A DNA stretch of 32,000 bases from NCBI RefSeq assembly GCF_008000775.2, contig NZ_CP042905.2:1380001-1412000 (forward strand). The letters are read 5' to 3'. Made by a program: the position numbers and the translations under genes. The DNA is from Promethearchaeum syntrophicum. GTDB taxonomy: Archaea; Asgardarchaeota; Lokiarchaeia; Sigyniarchaeales; Promethearchaeaceae. Each line of letters begins with the position of its first letter. Positions within the stretch are counted from its first letter, which is position 1. Positions 1 through 8,272 of this stretch are shown piece by piece. The notes beneath the pieces were generated by a model. The model ran no database searches. It was not told the origin of the DNA and worked only from the letters and a program-made list of their open reading frames with translations.

Positions 1-804
1 TACATCTCCCATTGAATAATATGTGGACATATCTTCCTCTTTAACTAAACCAACAAAATTAACATCAGGATTTTCTTTTTTCCATTTCTCAACAGTATCT
101 TTCATTTTTAAAGTGGGTTTTCCTCCAATCACTAAATTCAATTTTGGAATTTCTTTTTTTGCATGATAATATGCTTCTATTATATGATCCACTCCTTTAT
201 AGAATGCAATTCTTCCCACATAATAAATAACCGGTCCTTCAATACCTAAATTCTGTTTCAATTCTTTTGCTCTTTTAGGTTGAGGTTTAAAACTTGGATC
301 ATAACCACAATAAACAGTATGGATCTTCTCCTTTGAACCACCCATGATTTCAATAATGCCCGTTTTTGTTATCTCTGAATTTGTAATTATTTGCTTCGCT
401 TTGTTTGCATTTCTACGCTCTAACCATTTTAAAATTGGAATCTTTGTAAAATCTGCTTCAAATGGTCCCATATCATGGATAAGAGTTATATACGGCTTTT
501 TAGTAAACATTACTGGAAGACTACCACGAGATCCATTCCCTTGTATAATATCAAAATCGTGTGTTTTTATATATTTCCGAAATTTAAAATAGAATTTTGG
601 AACCCATAAAATTCTTCGCTTCGGAACATCAACCGTAATAATATTTTTATCATTAAATCCATCTCCCCATTTTGCAGTTAGCATCGTTAGGTCATGACCA
701 CGGGATTTTAATGCATCGTATAGACCACGAATGTAATTTGCAGAACCATCTTTATGATCAGGAAAAGCACCCGCAGAAATAATACAAATTTTCAATTTCC
801 GCAT
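1..804 (-). CDS. Glycosyltransferase, GT4/group-1 (GT-B) family; N-terminal 268 codons, C-terminus lies beyond the window start
   Basis: Absent from the ORF track because there is no stop in the window. The reverse complement from ATG (complement 802..804) reads uninterrupted to position 1: MRKLKICIISAGAFPDHKDGSANYIRGLYDALKSRGHDLTMLT...LIHDMGPFE...VIYYVGRIAFYKGVDHIIEAY...LVIGGKP. This layout is typical of group-1 glycosyltransferases. The 344..592 plus-strand ORF is antisense to it. Confidence 0.8.
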   Translation of the reverse strand, partial: MRKLKICIISAGAFPDHKDGSANYIRGLYDALKSRGHDLTMLTAKWGDGFNDKNIITVDVPKRRILWVPKFYFKFRKYIKTHDFDIIQGNGSRGSLPVMFTKKPYITLIHDMGPFEADFTKIPILKWLERRNANKAKQIITNSEITKTGIIEIMGGSKEKIHTVYCGYDPSFKPQPKRAKELKQNLGIEGPVIYYVGRIAFYKGVDHIIEAYYHAKKEIPKLNLVIGGKPTLKMKDTVEKWKKENPDVNFVGLVKEEDMSTYYSMGDV

Positions 805-853
805 ACATTAATGAATGATATGATGTTTATTTTGTTTACGTATAGAATCAAGA

Positions 854-865
854 TTTTTTTTTTTT
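854..865. repeat. T12 homopolymer in the 104-bp divergent intergenic region between the GT4 gene and manC
   Basis: Read directly from the sequence. It lies 44 nt upstream of the manC ATG (909) and 50 nt upstream of the GT4 ATG on the other strand. Confidence 0.8.
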
Positions 866-908
866 GACCTCAATCTTTATTATTATTACAAAATTGATTA
901 TAACCACG

Positions 909-1925
909 ATGAAAATTGTTCCGGTAATTCTCGCTGGTGGCAAAGGAGAACGTTTTTGGCCACTTTCAACTCCCGAAAATCCTAAACAATGTTTACCCAT
1001 TGTTTCTGATCAACCCATGATCGTTGATACCTATAATCGATTGAAAGATTTCGATGATTTCTTCATCGTGGCAAATTCATTTTTATGTGATAAATTCAGA
1101 AAATTACTTCCCGAAAATGTAAACTATATTGAAGAACCAATTGCTCGGAACACGGCTCCTGCTATTGGATTAGCTTGTATAACCCTTTTACAAAAATATG
1201 GGGATTGCATTGTATTCTTTGAAACCGCAGATCATTATTATGAAGATATTTCGCATTACATTAAGGATATAAAAAATGCCTGCACTTTTGCTTCTAACCA
1301 CGATAAGATTGTTCTAATTGGAATAACACCCAAAAATCCACACACAGGTTATGGATACATAAAAAGCGGTTCCAATGTAGAAAATGACCTTTTTTTGGTT
1401 GATAGTTTTAAGGAAAAACCGGATTTACCTACTGCACAGAAATATGTAAAAGATGGTAAATATTCCTGGAATTCAGGCATGTTTATTGGAAAAAGCTCAG
1501 TTATATTACACGAAATAGAAAAATCATTACCGTCCTTATTTTCTGGTCTTCAAAATATAAAAGAAGGTGATTTCTCTAAAGAAATATTACATGATGAATT
1601 CAGTAAGTTTGAGAAGATTTCAATTGATTATGGCGTATTAGAAAGATCGAATGAAACAGTTGTGCTACAATCTACAATGCCATGGGATGATATTGGAGAT
1701 TTTAATGCTGTCTCGCGAATATTGAAACCTGATTCTGAAGGAAATTTCTCAAAAAATCCTATTCATTCACTGGATGCCCATGGAAATATCATAATCTCTA
1801 AAAAATTAGTTGCTTTAATTGATGTGGAGGAATTAATAATTGTAGATACTAAAGATGCCTTGTTAATTTGTAAAAGATCTGAGAGTCAAAAAATTAGAGA
1901 TATAATTAGGAAGTATAATAATTAA
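909..1925 (+). CDS. manC: Mannose-1-phosphate guanylyltransferase (short form, no C-terminal isomerase/cupin domain)
   Basis: The N-terminus MKIVPVILAGGKGERFWPLS is the nucleotidyltransferase G-rich loop of ManC/CpsB-type enzymes. The track ORF starts at a TTG at 864, but the ATG at 909 places the loop at the usual N-terminal position. Confidence 0.8.
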   Translation: MKIVPVILAGGKGERFWPLSTPENPKQCLPIVSDQPMIVDTYNRLKDFDDFFIVANSFLCDKFRKLLPENVNYIEEPIARNTAPAIGLACITLLQKYGDCIVFFETADHYYEDISHYIKDIKNACTFASNHDKIVLIGITPKNPHTGYGYIKSGSNVENDLFLVDSFKEKPDLPTAQKYVKDGKYSWNSGMFIGKSSVILHEIEKSLPSLFSGLQNIKEGDFSKEILHDEFSKFEKISIDYGVLERSNETVVLQSTMPWDDIGDFNAVSRILKPDSEGNFSKNPIHSLDAHGNIIISKKLVALIDVEELIIVDTKDALLICKRSESQKIRDIIRKYNN

Positions 1926-2067
1926 TTCACAAATCAATATTGAAAATACCACCCAAAGATCTTTCCCCTTAATTTGAGAAATAGTCTAAATATTGGTATT
2001 TTTCTTCTTTTTCCATATTTTTACCGATTTTATTCCTACGGAATTAAAAAAATTGACTAGATATATA

Positions 2068-2622
2068 TTATCCAAAGGGATTCTTATATTCCTTTAAGAA
2101 ATCCTCTAAAAATGGCATAATTTTGTCTCTATTTGATAAAATTGGATTTTTAATTTTCCAATTAACTCCAATATCTGGATCATTCCACCGAATTCCACTC
2201 TCTAATTTTGGATCATAATAAGAAGATACTTTATATTCGATTTCTGCAAAATCTGAAAGCACAGAAAATCCGTGGGCGAACCCGACCGGAATTAGAATCT
2301 GTTTGAAATTTTCTTCAGTTAACTCTATTCCAAACCATTTCTTAAAATTTGGTGAATTTTCTCTAATGTCTACCACGATATCCCAAATCTGTCCCTTTGT
2401 GCATCTAACTAGCTTCACTTGCCCCGGAAAAATTTGAAAATGCAATCCGCGAATTGTGTTTTTTCTTGATTTTGAATGATTATCTTGTATAAAATTCCAT
2501 GAAAAACCCACATCCTTATATTTTTTAATCGAATATGATTCAAGGAAAAAGCCACGTTCATCTTTGAACACATCAGGCTCAATTATCCATACTTCTGGAA
2601 ATATGGTGGGGATTTTCTTCAT
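2068..2622 (-). CDS. rmlC: dTDP-4-dehydrorhamnose 3,5-epimerase
   Basis: 184 aa cupin with FKDERGFF...IQDNHS...RGLHFQ...VGFAHGF motifs. It is the last gene of an rmlB-D-A-C string. Confidence 0.9.
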   Translation of the reverse strand: MKKIPTIFPEVWIIEPDVFKDERGFFLESYSIKKYKDVGFSWNFIQDNHSKSRKNTIRGLHFQIFPGQVKLVRCTKGQIWDIVVDIRENSPNFKKWFGIELTEENFKQILIPVGFAHGFSVLSDFAEIEYKVSSYYDPKLESGIRWNDPDIGVNWKIKNPILSNRDKIMPFLEDFLKEYKNPFG

Positions 2623-2642
2623 CGGTTTTATTCATCTCAATT

Positions 2643-3383
2643 TTATTGTTTCTGATTTTTAGATTTAATAAAATTACTTGATTTTAGTAAAGTTTCGAAT
2701 TTTCCCGCATCTGACCAGAACCCTTTAAGAAATACTGCTTTAACTTTTCCATCTTTTACATAAAGGTTATTAACGTCGGTAATTTCTAATTCTCCCCGGT
2801 TAGAATACCCGATTTTATCAATGACATTCTGAATCCTATCAAAAATATCCTTTCGATAAAAATATAAGCCCGTTACGCAATAATTACTCTTTGGTTTTTC
2901 AGGTTTTTCTACTATTGATAAAATTTTACCTTTATCCCCTACTTCTGCTACACCAAATCGTTTGGGATCGGGGACTTCCTTTAAAAACAGATAGCAATCA
3001 TTGCTTTTATCCAACTTAAATTCCTCCAGTTCCCTTTTAAATGCATCTTCAAAAATATTATCCCCCAAAATAACGGCAACATCATCTCCTTTTACAACTG
3101 GTGCGGTTAAACTGAGTGCTTGGGCAATACCTCCAGCTCCTTTTTGATAAACATACATTAACTTTACTCCAAACTCGGAACCATCTCCCAACAATCGCAC
3201 AAAATCTCCGACACTTTCACCTCCTAACACAATCACAATTTCCTTGATTCCCGAATTTTTTAAAGTTTTTAATACTTTGAAAATCATCGGCTCATCATAA
3301 ACTGGTAATAAATGTTTATTGGTTACCTTCGTTAAGGGAAGCATTCTGGAACCCGTCCCCCCCGCTAATATTACGCCTTTCAT
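2643..3383 (-). CDS. rmlA: Glucose-1-phosphate thymidylyltransferase (short ~245 aa form)
   Basis: MKGVILAGGTGSRMLPLTKVTNKHLLPV nucleotidyltransferase loop. It sits in an operon with rmlB, rmlD and rmlC. Confidence 0.85.
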   Translation of the reverse strand: MKGVILAGGTGSRMLPLTKVTNKHLLPVYDEPMIFKVLKTLKNSGIKEIVIVLGGESVGDFVRLLGDGSEFGVKLMYVYQKGAGGIAQALSLTAPVVKGDDVAVILGDNIFEDAFKRELEEFKLDKSNDCYLFLKEVPDPKRFGVAEVGDKGKILSIVEKPEKPKSNYCVTGLYFYRKDIFDRIQNVIDKIGYSNRGELEITDVNNLYVKDGKVKAVFLKGFWSDAGKFETLLKSSNFIKSKNQKQ

Positions 3384-3464
3384 AATTAGTCACTTTTTGA
3401 ATTTCTTCATTTTTTAAAAGAATTTTATTATCTATAACATTTTAGATTTCGATATTTTAATGGT

Positions 3465-4355
3465 TCATTTACTATTTTTGTTTTGTGATTTTAAGTATTG
3501 AAAGCTTTTATTAATATTTTTAAATTTCCAATTTCCAATTTGTTGAATCTTAGCGGTATTTAATGAAGAATTATTGGGCCGTTTCGCTTTTTGAGGGAGA
3601 AAATCTATTTCTTTTAGTAAGTTCTGATCAAAATTAAAAGTGCGAATTAGTTTTAAGATGAAATTATATCGAGAAATCGCTTCAGTCCCACATGTATGGT
3701 AGATCTCACTACGAGTAAAACCTGAAATTTGATATAAAAATTCAACCAAATCATTCACAAGTGTTGGTGTGGTAATTTGCCCACTAATTATCTTTAGTTC
3801 CTTCTTTTTTGAAAGATTTTCGTAAGCCCATGAGAAGAAATTATGTCTTTGATCTGCTTCTGGCCAACCGAATAGGACGCTCGTTCTACAAATTACCACT
3901 GGAATTTTTTGTTTTAAGATATTATTCTCACCTTCAAGTTTAGTTTTTCCATAAACACTGATAGGTTTGGGTATATCTTTTTCAGTATAATCCCCTTGTT
4001 CGCCGTCAAAAATGAAATCGGTAGAAATGTGGATTAACCTACCTCCAATATCTTTTAATGCTTGGGCTACAAATAATGGACCATCTGAATTAATCTTTTT
4101 AGCCTTCTCTGAAAAATCCTCGCAAGCATCAACATTTGTCATGGCTGCTGTTAAAATGGTTAAATTCGGCTTGATTATATTAATTAAATCATTAACAACG
4201 TTTTTTTTTGATATATCAATATAACTTGGATGATATACTTCCGGTATCCCTGTTGTTATTAAATCAGCTCCATATACATCAAATTTATCATGGAAGCGAT
4301 AAAGTAATTTTCTACCTAGGAATCCATTTGCCCCGATAATTAACAATTTTTCCAA
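3465..4355 (-). CDS. rmlD: dTDP-4-dehydrorhamnose reductase
   Basis: 296 aa SDR with a LLIIGANGFLG Rossmann loop and a YGKTK catalytic YxxxK. It is located between rmlB and rmlA. Confidence 0.85.
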   Translation of the reverse strand: MEKLLIIGANGFLGRKLLYRFHDKFDVYGADLITTGIPEVYHPSYIDISKKNVVNDLINIIKPNLTILTAAMTNVDACEDFSEKAKKINSDGPLFVAQALKDIGGRLIHISTDFIFDGEQGDYTEKDIPKPISVYGKTKLEGENNILKQKIPVVICRTSVLFGWPEADQRHNFFSWAYENLSKKKELKIISGQITTPTLVNDLVEFLYQISGFTRSEIYHTCGTEAISRYNFILKLIRTFNFDQNLLKEIDFLPQKAKRPNNSSLNTAKIQQIGNWKFKNINKSFQYLKSQNKNSK

Positions 4356-4392
4356 GTCAGTTCACTCTAAAGATTTAAATTGAATATTTCTA

Positions 4393-5406
4393 TTATGTGG
4401 CGCCATATTGATTCTTATAATAATCTAAATAAGCACCCGATGTAACATTATCCACCCATTCTTGATTTTCTAAATACCATTTTATTGTTTCTTTCATTCC
4501 GTGGTCAAATTCATATTTTGGCTTCCAGTTAAGTTCTCGAGTTGCTTTTGAAATATTCATTGCATATCGTAAATCATGTCCGGGGCGATCTCTCACAAAT
4601 GTAATTAAATCTTCGCCCTTTCTCAATTCTTTAAGCAAAAATTTCACCATATCAATGTTAGAAACCTCTGCATTTCCTCCAAAATTATAAATTTCTCCAA
4701 TTTCTCCTTTCAATATTGCATCATAAATCCCTTGGCAATGATCTAATACATGAATCCAATCACGAATATTCGATCCATCACCATAGACGGGAAGTGGTTT
4801 ATCTAATTGAATATTCCGAATCATTAAAGGGATTAATTTTTCAGGAAATTGATATGGCCCATAATTATTTGAACAACGCGTGATTATGACTGGTAGATGA
4901 TATGTATGATAATATGCTAAAACTAGCAAATCTGCAGATGTTTTACTTGAAGAATAGGGACTTCTGGGCCTTAGTGGATTGTCCTCTGTGAATTCTGGAT
5001 CTGTAAAGGAGAGAGAACCGTATACTTCATCAGTTGAAACTTGAAGGTATCGTTCTATCTTGTTCTTCTTTGCTGCATTAAGTAATGTTAGTGTTCCTTT
5101 AATATTTGTTTCAATAAAAATATCTGGATTGGAAATCGAACGATCTACATGTGATTCGGCGGCAAAATTGATTATGTGTGTGATTTTGAATTTTTTTAAG
5201 ATAAAATCAACCAATTCAAAATTGCATATATTTCCTGCAATAAAGTGGTAACGTGGGTTATTTTCGATATCTTTCAAATTTTCATGGTTTCCAGCATATG
5301 TCATGGAATCTAGATTAAATATGTCTGCATTTGTGTCTTCTTTTAGTAAAAATTTAATAAAATTACTACCAATAAACCCTAAACCACCTGTTATTAAAAA
5401 ATTCAT
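4393..5406 (-). CDS. rmlB: dTDP-glucose 4,6-dehydratase
   Basis: 337 aa extended SDR with MNFLITGGLGFIGSNF, HFAAESHVDRS-like AAESHVDRS, STDEVYG and YSSSK motifs. Confidence 0.9.
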   Translation of the reverse strand: MNFLITGGLGFIGSNFIKFLLKEDTNADIFNLDSMTYAGNHENLKDIENNPRYHFIAGNICNFELVDFILKKFKITHIINFAAESHVDRSISNPDIFIETNIKGTLTLLNAAKKNKIERYLQVSTDEVYGSLSFTDPEFTEDNPLRPRSPYSSSKTSADLLVLAYYHTYHLPVIITRCSNNYGPYQFPEKLIPLMIRNIQLDKPLPVYGDGSNIRDWIHVLDHCQGIYDAILKGEIGEIYNFGGNAEVSNIDMVKFLLKELRKGEDLITFVRDRPGHDLRYAMNISKATRELNWKPKYEFDHGMKETIKWYLENQEWVDNVTSGAYLDYYKNQYGAT

Positions 5407-6002
5407 ATTAATCTAAGATATTCATCTTTAGAATTAATTATTTTTCTTGGATAATTGTAATTTATAAAAGATCAAAAAGTGAAAAAAATCAAGAATTCTT
5501 CATAGATTTTAATGAAATATTTAACCAAAAAAGTGTAAATTACTTATTGCATTCAATTAAAATCAAGATATGAAAGATATAGGGGATTTTTTGATGAATT
5601 ACTTTTTTTTAAATAATTAGGTTCAAAGTAAAGAATAATCGACATTTATTTCCAAATTCTATGAATATTTTTGGAGATAATCTTGATATACTTTTTTTAT
5701 TTTTTCCACAATGTCAAATCTTAAAAATTTATAATATAATAATGAAAATTATAATTTTGTGGAAATTCTAAATAAATATCGAAAGATAATATGGGATAAA
5801 AGGAATCCTATGATAAATTGGAAGAATTAATGAATTAAAATTTAAATAAATATACCAAATAGGGGTATAAATAAACAATATCATCATTAGTTTTTTTATA
5901 GTAGAGATTATCTATTATTATTAACTCTGATATGTACTTAATGAAATTTATTATGAAATTGAGTTTAATTTAGATTAATATAATAGAAAAGTGGAGATAG
6001 GA
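5407..6002. promoter_or_regulatory. Long (~600 bp) extremely AT-rich divergent intergenic region between rmlB (minus) and gmd (plus); must contain both promoters
   Basis: No credible ORF on either strand. Divergent gene starts lie at 5406 and 6003. A GGAG lies 8-11 nt upstream of the gmd ATG. A 9-bp inverted repeat, TTTCCACAA (5703-5711) and TTGTGGAAA (5757-5765), lies inside the region. Confidence 0.4.
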
Positions 6003-7070
6003 ATGACAAAAATAGCACTTATCACAGGTATAACAGGACAAGATGGGTCATATCTTGCTGAATTCTTATTACAAAAAGAATATGAAGTGCATGGAATTAT
6101 TAGAAGAAGTTCTTCGTTTAATACTGGGAGAATTGAGCATCTATATATTAAAAAAGCAATAAGAAATATGAAATTGAAAAGAAAAATTGAACTACATTAT
6201 GGAGATATGACAGATTCAACAAATCTTATTCGTTTAATTAGAGAAATAAAACCTGATGAAATATATAACTTAGCTGCTCAATCTCATGTAAAAGTATCAT
6301 TTGAAGTTCCAGAATATACAGCTGATACAGATGGTATAGGAGTGCTAAGATTAATTGAAGCTGTAAGATTTTTAGGATATGAGAAGAAAACTAAAATTTA
6401 TCAAGCTTCCACTTCAGAATTATTTGGGAAGGTTCAAGAAGTCCCTCAAAGAGAAACTACTCCATTTTACCCTAGAAGTCCATATGCTGTTGCAAAACTT
6501 TATGCATATTGGATAGTAAAAAATTATAGAGAAGCTTATAACATGTTTGCAGTGAATGGAATATTATTTAATCACGAATCAGAAAGACGAGGAGAAACAT
6601 TCGTAACTAGAAAAATAACTTTAGCTGCTTCAAGAATTGCTCAAGGTAAACAGGAAAAATTATATCTCGGTAATATGGATGCTAGAAGAGATTGGGGACA
6701 TGCTAAAGATTACGTAGAATGTATGTGGCTGATGTTACAACACAAAAAACCAGAAGATTTTATAATTGCTACAGGGGAAATGCATACGGTTAGAGAGTTT
6801 TGCACACTAGCTTTTAAAGAAGCAGGCATTGAACTTAGATGGGAAGGCGTTGGAATTGAAGAAAAAGGTATTGACAAAAATACAGAGAAATTGTTGGTAG
6901 AAGTTGATCCGAAATACTTTAGGCCAACAGAAGTTGATCAGTTACAAGGAGATCCAAGTAAAGCGAAAAAGGTTTTGGGATGGAATCCTATGGCGACATC
7001 GTTTGAACTTTTGGTAAAATTAATGGTTAAATCAGATATGGAATTAGTTATGAAAGAGAATAAGTATTAA
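6003..7070 (+). CDS. gmd: GDP-mannose 4,6-dehydratase
   Basis: [23 protein letters not shown]...[18 protein letters not shown]...SHVKVSF...STSELFG...[12 protein letters not shown]...[12 protein letters not shown] is a near-canonical Gmd motif series. I prefer the ATG at 6003 (with a GGAG upstream) over the GTG at 5991 used in the ORF track. Confidence 0.92.
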   Translation: MTKIALITGITGQDGSYLAEFLLQKEYEVHGIIRRSSSFNTGRIEHLYIKKAIRNMKLKRKIELHYGDMTDSTNLIRLIREIKPDEIYNLAAQSHVKVSFEVPEYTADTDGIGVLRLIEAVRFLGYEKKTKIYQASTSELFGKVQEVPQRETTPFYPRSPYAVAKLYAYWIVKNYREAYNMFAVNGILFNHESERRGETFVTRKITLAASRIAQGKQEKLYLGNMDARRDWGHAKDYVECMWLMLQHKKPEDFIIATGEMHTVREFCTLAFKEAGIELRWEGVGIEEKGIDKNTEKLLVEVDPKYFRPTEVDQLQGDPSKAKKVLGWNPMATSFELLVKLMVKSDMELVMKENKY

Positions 7071-7093
7071 TAAAATTTAATATTTATATAGAA

Positions 7094-7225
7094 AAAGGTG
7101 CTAAGAACTGTGTATCAGGCGACAATGGTTCTATAGGACTTGCATTAGTAAGAAATTTAAAAGAAAAAGCTTTTTTGGTTAATTTTATTAGTTCAAAATT
7201 CACTAAAGAACCATTACATTTTTTC
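7094..7225 (+). pseudogene. Remnant of the N-terminal Rossmann segment of a GDP-L-fucose synthase-like SDR (fcl fragment), directly downstream of gmd
   Basis: An open frame at 7064..7333 has no ATG, GTG or TTG start. It reads KGAKNCVSGDNGSIGLALVRNLKEKAFLVNFISSKFTKEPLHFF. The GxxGxxG loop and spacing resemble the intact fcl-like N-terminus at 18457 (IYVSGHDGMVGKRLIQYLTENGY...SVETFF). The rest of the frame is low-complexity with no further similarity. Confidence 0.4.
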
Positions 7226-7416
7226 CCTATAATTTATTACCATAAAAATATTCAAAAACCAATTATATCACGAAAATTCATCACATCAACCCATATCAAT
7301 AAGTTTGTAAAATTTTTCCAATTCAATTCATAAATAAGATTAGAAAATTGAAAGAAAAATGAAAATAGAGACAATATTTTTAATTTAAATCCTTCTTCAA
7401 AAAAAAAGAAATATAA

Positions 7417-7737
7417 AAATTTAAATATTTTCACCTTATTTTTTTATTCTTTTCATTTTTTAGCATATTCTCGAAACAAAATTCTATTTATACCTTGTTC
7501 TCAATTAAATTTTTAATTTATTATGGTATTTCTTTACTTCTAATTTTTATTTATGCCATTTTATAGCAACAAATTATTAAAAAATTTGATTTAACTTCCG
7601 CTAATTCATAAAAAAGAATAGTAATATTCTGGACATTTCTCTGGGCGGTTCTATTTTTCGAAGAAATTATTTCATTATCAAATATTATTAGAGAAATTTT
7701 ATTTATAGGTGGAATAATTATTTTTGGGAGAGAATAA
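7417..7737 (+). pseudogene. Decayed ArnE-like/EamA-SMR-type small membrane protein (paralogue of the 13681..14094 gene) with two in-frame stops and no start
   Basis: A single frame reads ...YYGISLLLIFIYAIL*QQIIKKFDLTSANS*KRIVIFWTFLWAVLFFEEIISLSNIIREILFIGGIIIFGRE*. It aligns with the intact protein: ...VLRGFIWLFVLKKFDLAFAYPFMSLSYIFILFISHFYFNEDINTYKIIGSVLITLGTFF. The TAG at 7564-7566 falls where the paralogue has Trp (TGG). A TAA lies at 7609-7611. The terminal TAA overlaps the ATG of the next gene (TAATG at 7735-7739), which mirrors the overlap in the intact pair. Confidence 0.65.
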
Positions 7738-8081
7738 TGATATTTTATTATATACTATTTACATTTTCTGTTTTTTTAGCTTCAATTGCTCAAATCCTTT
7801 TAAAAATCAGTGCCAATAAGAAATATTTGTCAAAAAAGGATGAATATATTTATCATTATGTTATTTTTTCATTTGGAATTTTCTTACTTACCACCTTTTT
7901 AACAATTTTTTCTTTTAATGGAGGGGTTCCCTTAAAATATGCCCCAATTATTGAATCGTCTCAATTTATTTTTGTTTTAATATTAGGAAAAATATTTCTA
8001 AAAGAGAAGTTATCAAAGATTAAAATTTTTGGAACTCTCCTAATTTTAATAGGTATTCTGGTATTCTGCCTAGATTTTTAA
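7737..8081 (+). CDS. Small 4-TM membrane protein, ArnF-like / EamA-SMR superfamily (putative lipid-linked sugar flippase subunit)
   Basis: 114 aa with four hydrophobic segments. Its C-terminal ...GKIFLKEKLSKIKIFGTLLILIGILVF matches ...GVIFFGEKINRYHVIGISLITIGLFF in the 14091..14441 paralogue. Confidence 0.6.
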   Translation: MIFYYILFTFSVFLASIAQILLKISANKKYLSKKDEYIYHYVIFSFGIFLLTTFLTIFSFNGGVPLKYAPIIESSQFIFVLILGKIFLKEKLSKIKIFGTLLILIGILVFCLDF

Positions 8082-8272
8082 ATATTATTAGTTCATTGTG
8101 TTTAATTATTAGTTTTTTAATTTTCGATAAAACTATTGAATTATTTTATTCATATATTCAAAATTTTGGCAAAATGTTTAATTCTATCAAGTTTTAACAT
8201 ATTTCATTAATTTCAAGAAAATGATTATTAACCAACAATGCAAACCTATTACAAGAAAAATCTGGGGATAAA

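Noticed and set aside
344-592. 82-aa plus-strand ORF from the track
   Set aside because: It lies entirely antisense within the well-supported GT4 gene (complement 1..804). The sequence is low-complexity, hydrophobic and AT-codon driven.
2032-2052. Small hairpin ATTCC-TAC-GGAAT followed by an A-run, between convergent manC and rmlC, as a terminator
   Set aside because: The stem is only 5 bp. The U-tract would be on the wrong side for either transcript. This is not convincing.
4012-5251. Short plus-strand ORFs 4012..4224 and 5060..5251
   Set aside because: They are antisense to rmlD and rmlB, which have canonical motifs. No independent support exists.
7252-7434. 60-aa minus-strand ORF in the gmd downstream region
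   Set aside because: It is a Phe/Lys-rich low-complexity translation of AT-rich DNA. It overlaps the region better explained as the fcl remnant and decayed spacer.
7564-7611. Possibility that the in-frame TAG/TAA in the arnE-like frame reflect stop-codon reassignment or programmed readthrough
   Set aside because: All other genes in the window terminate normally at TAA, TAG or TGA and need no reassignment. The frame also lacks a start codon, so ordinary pseudogenisation is the simpler explanation.
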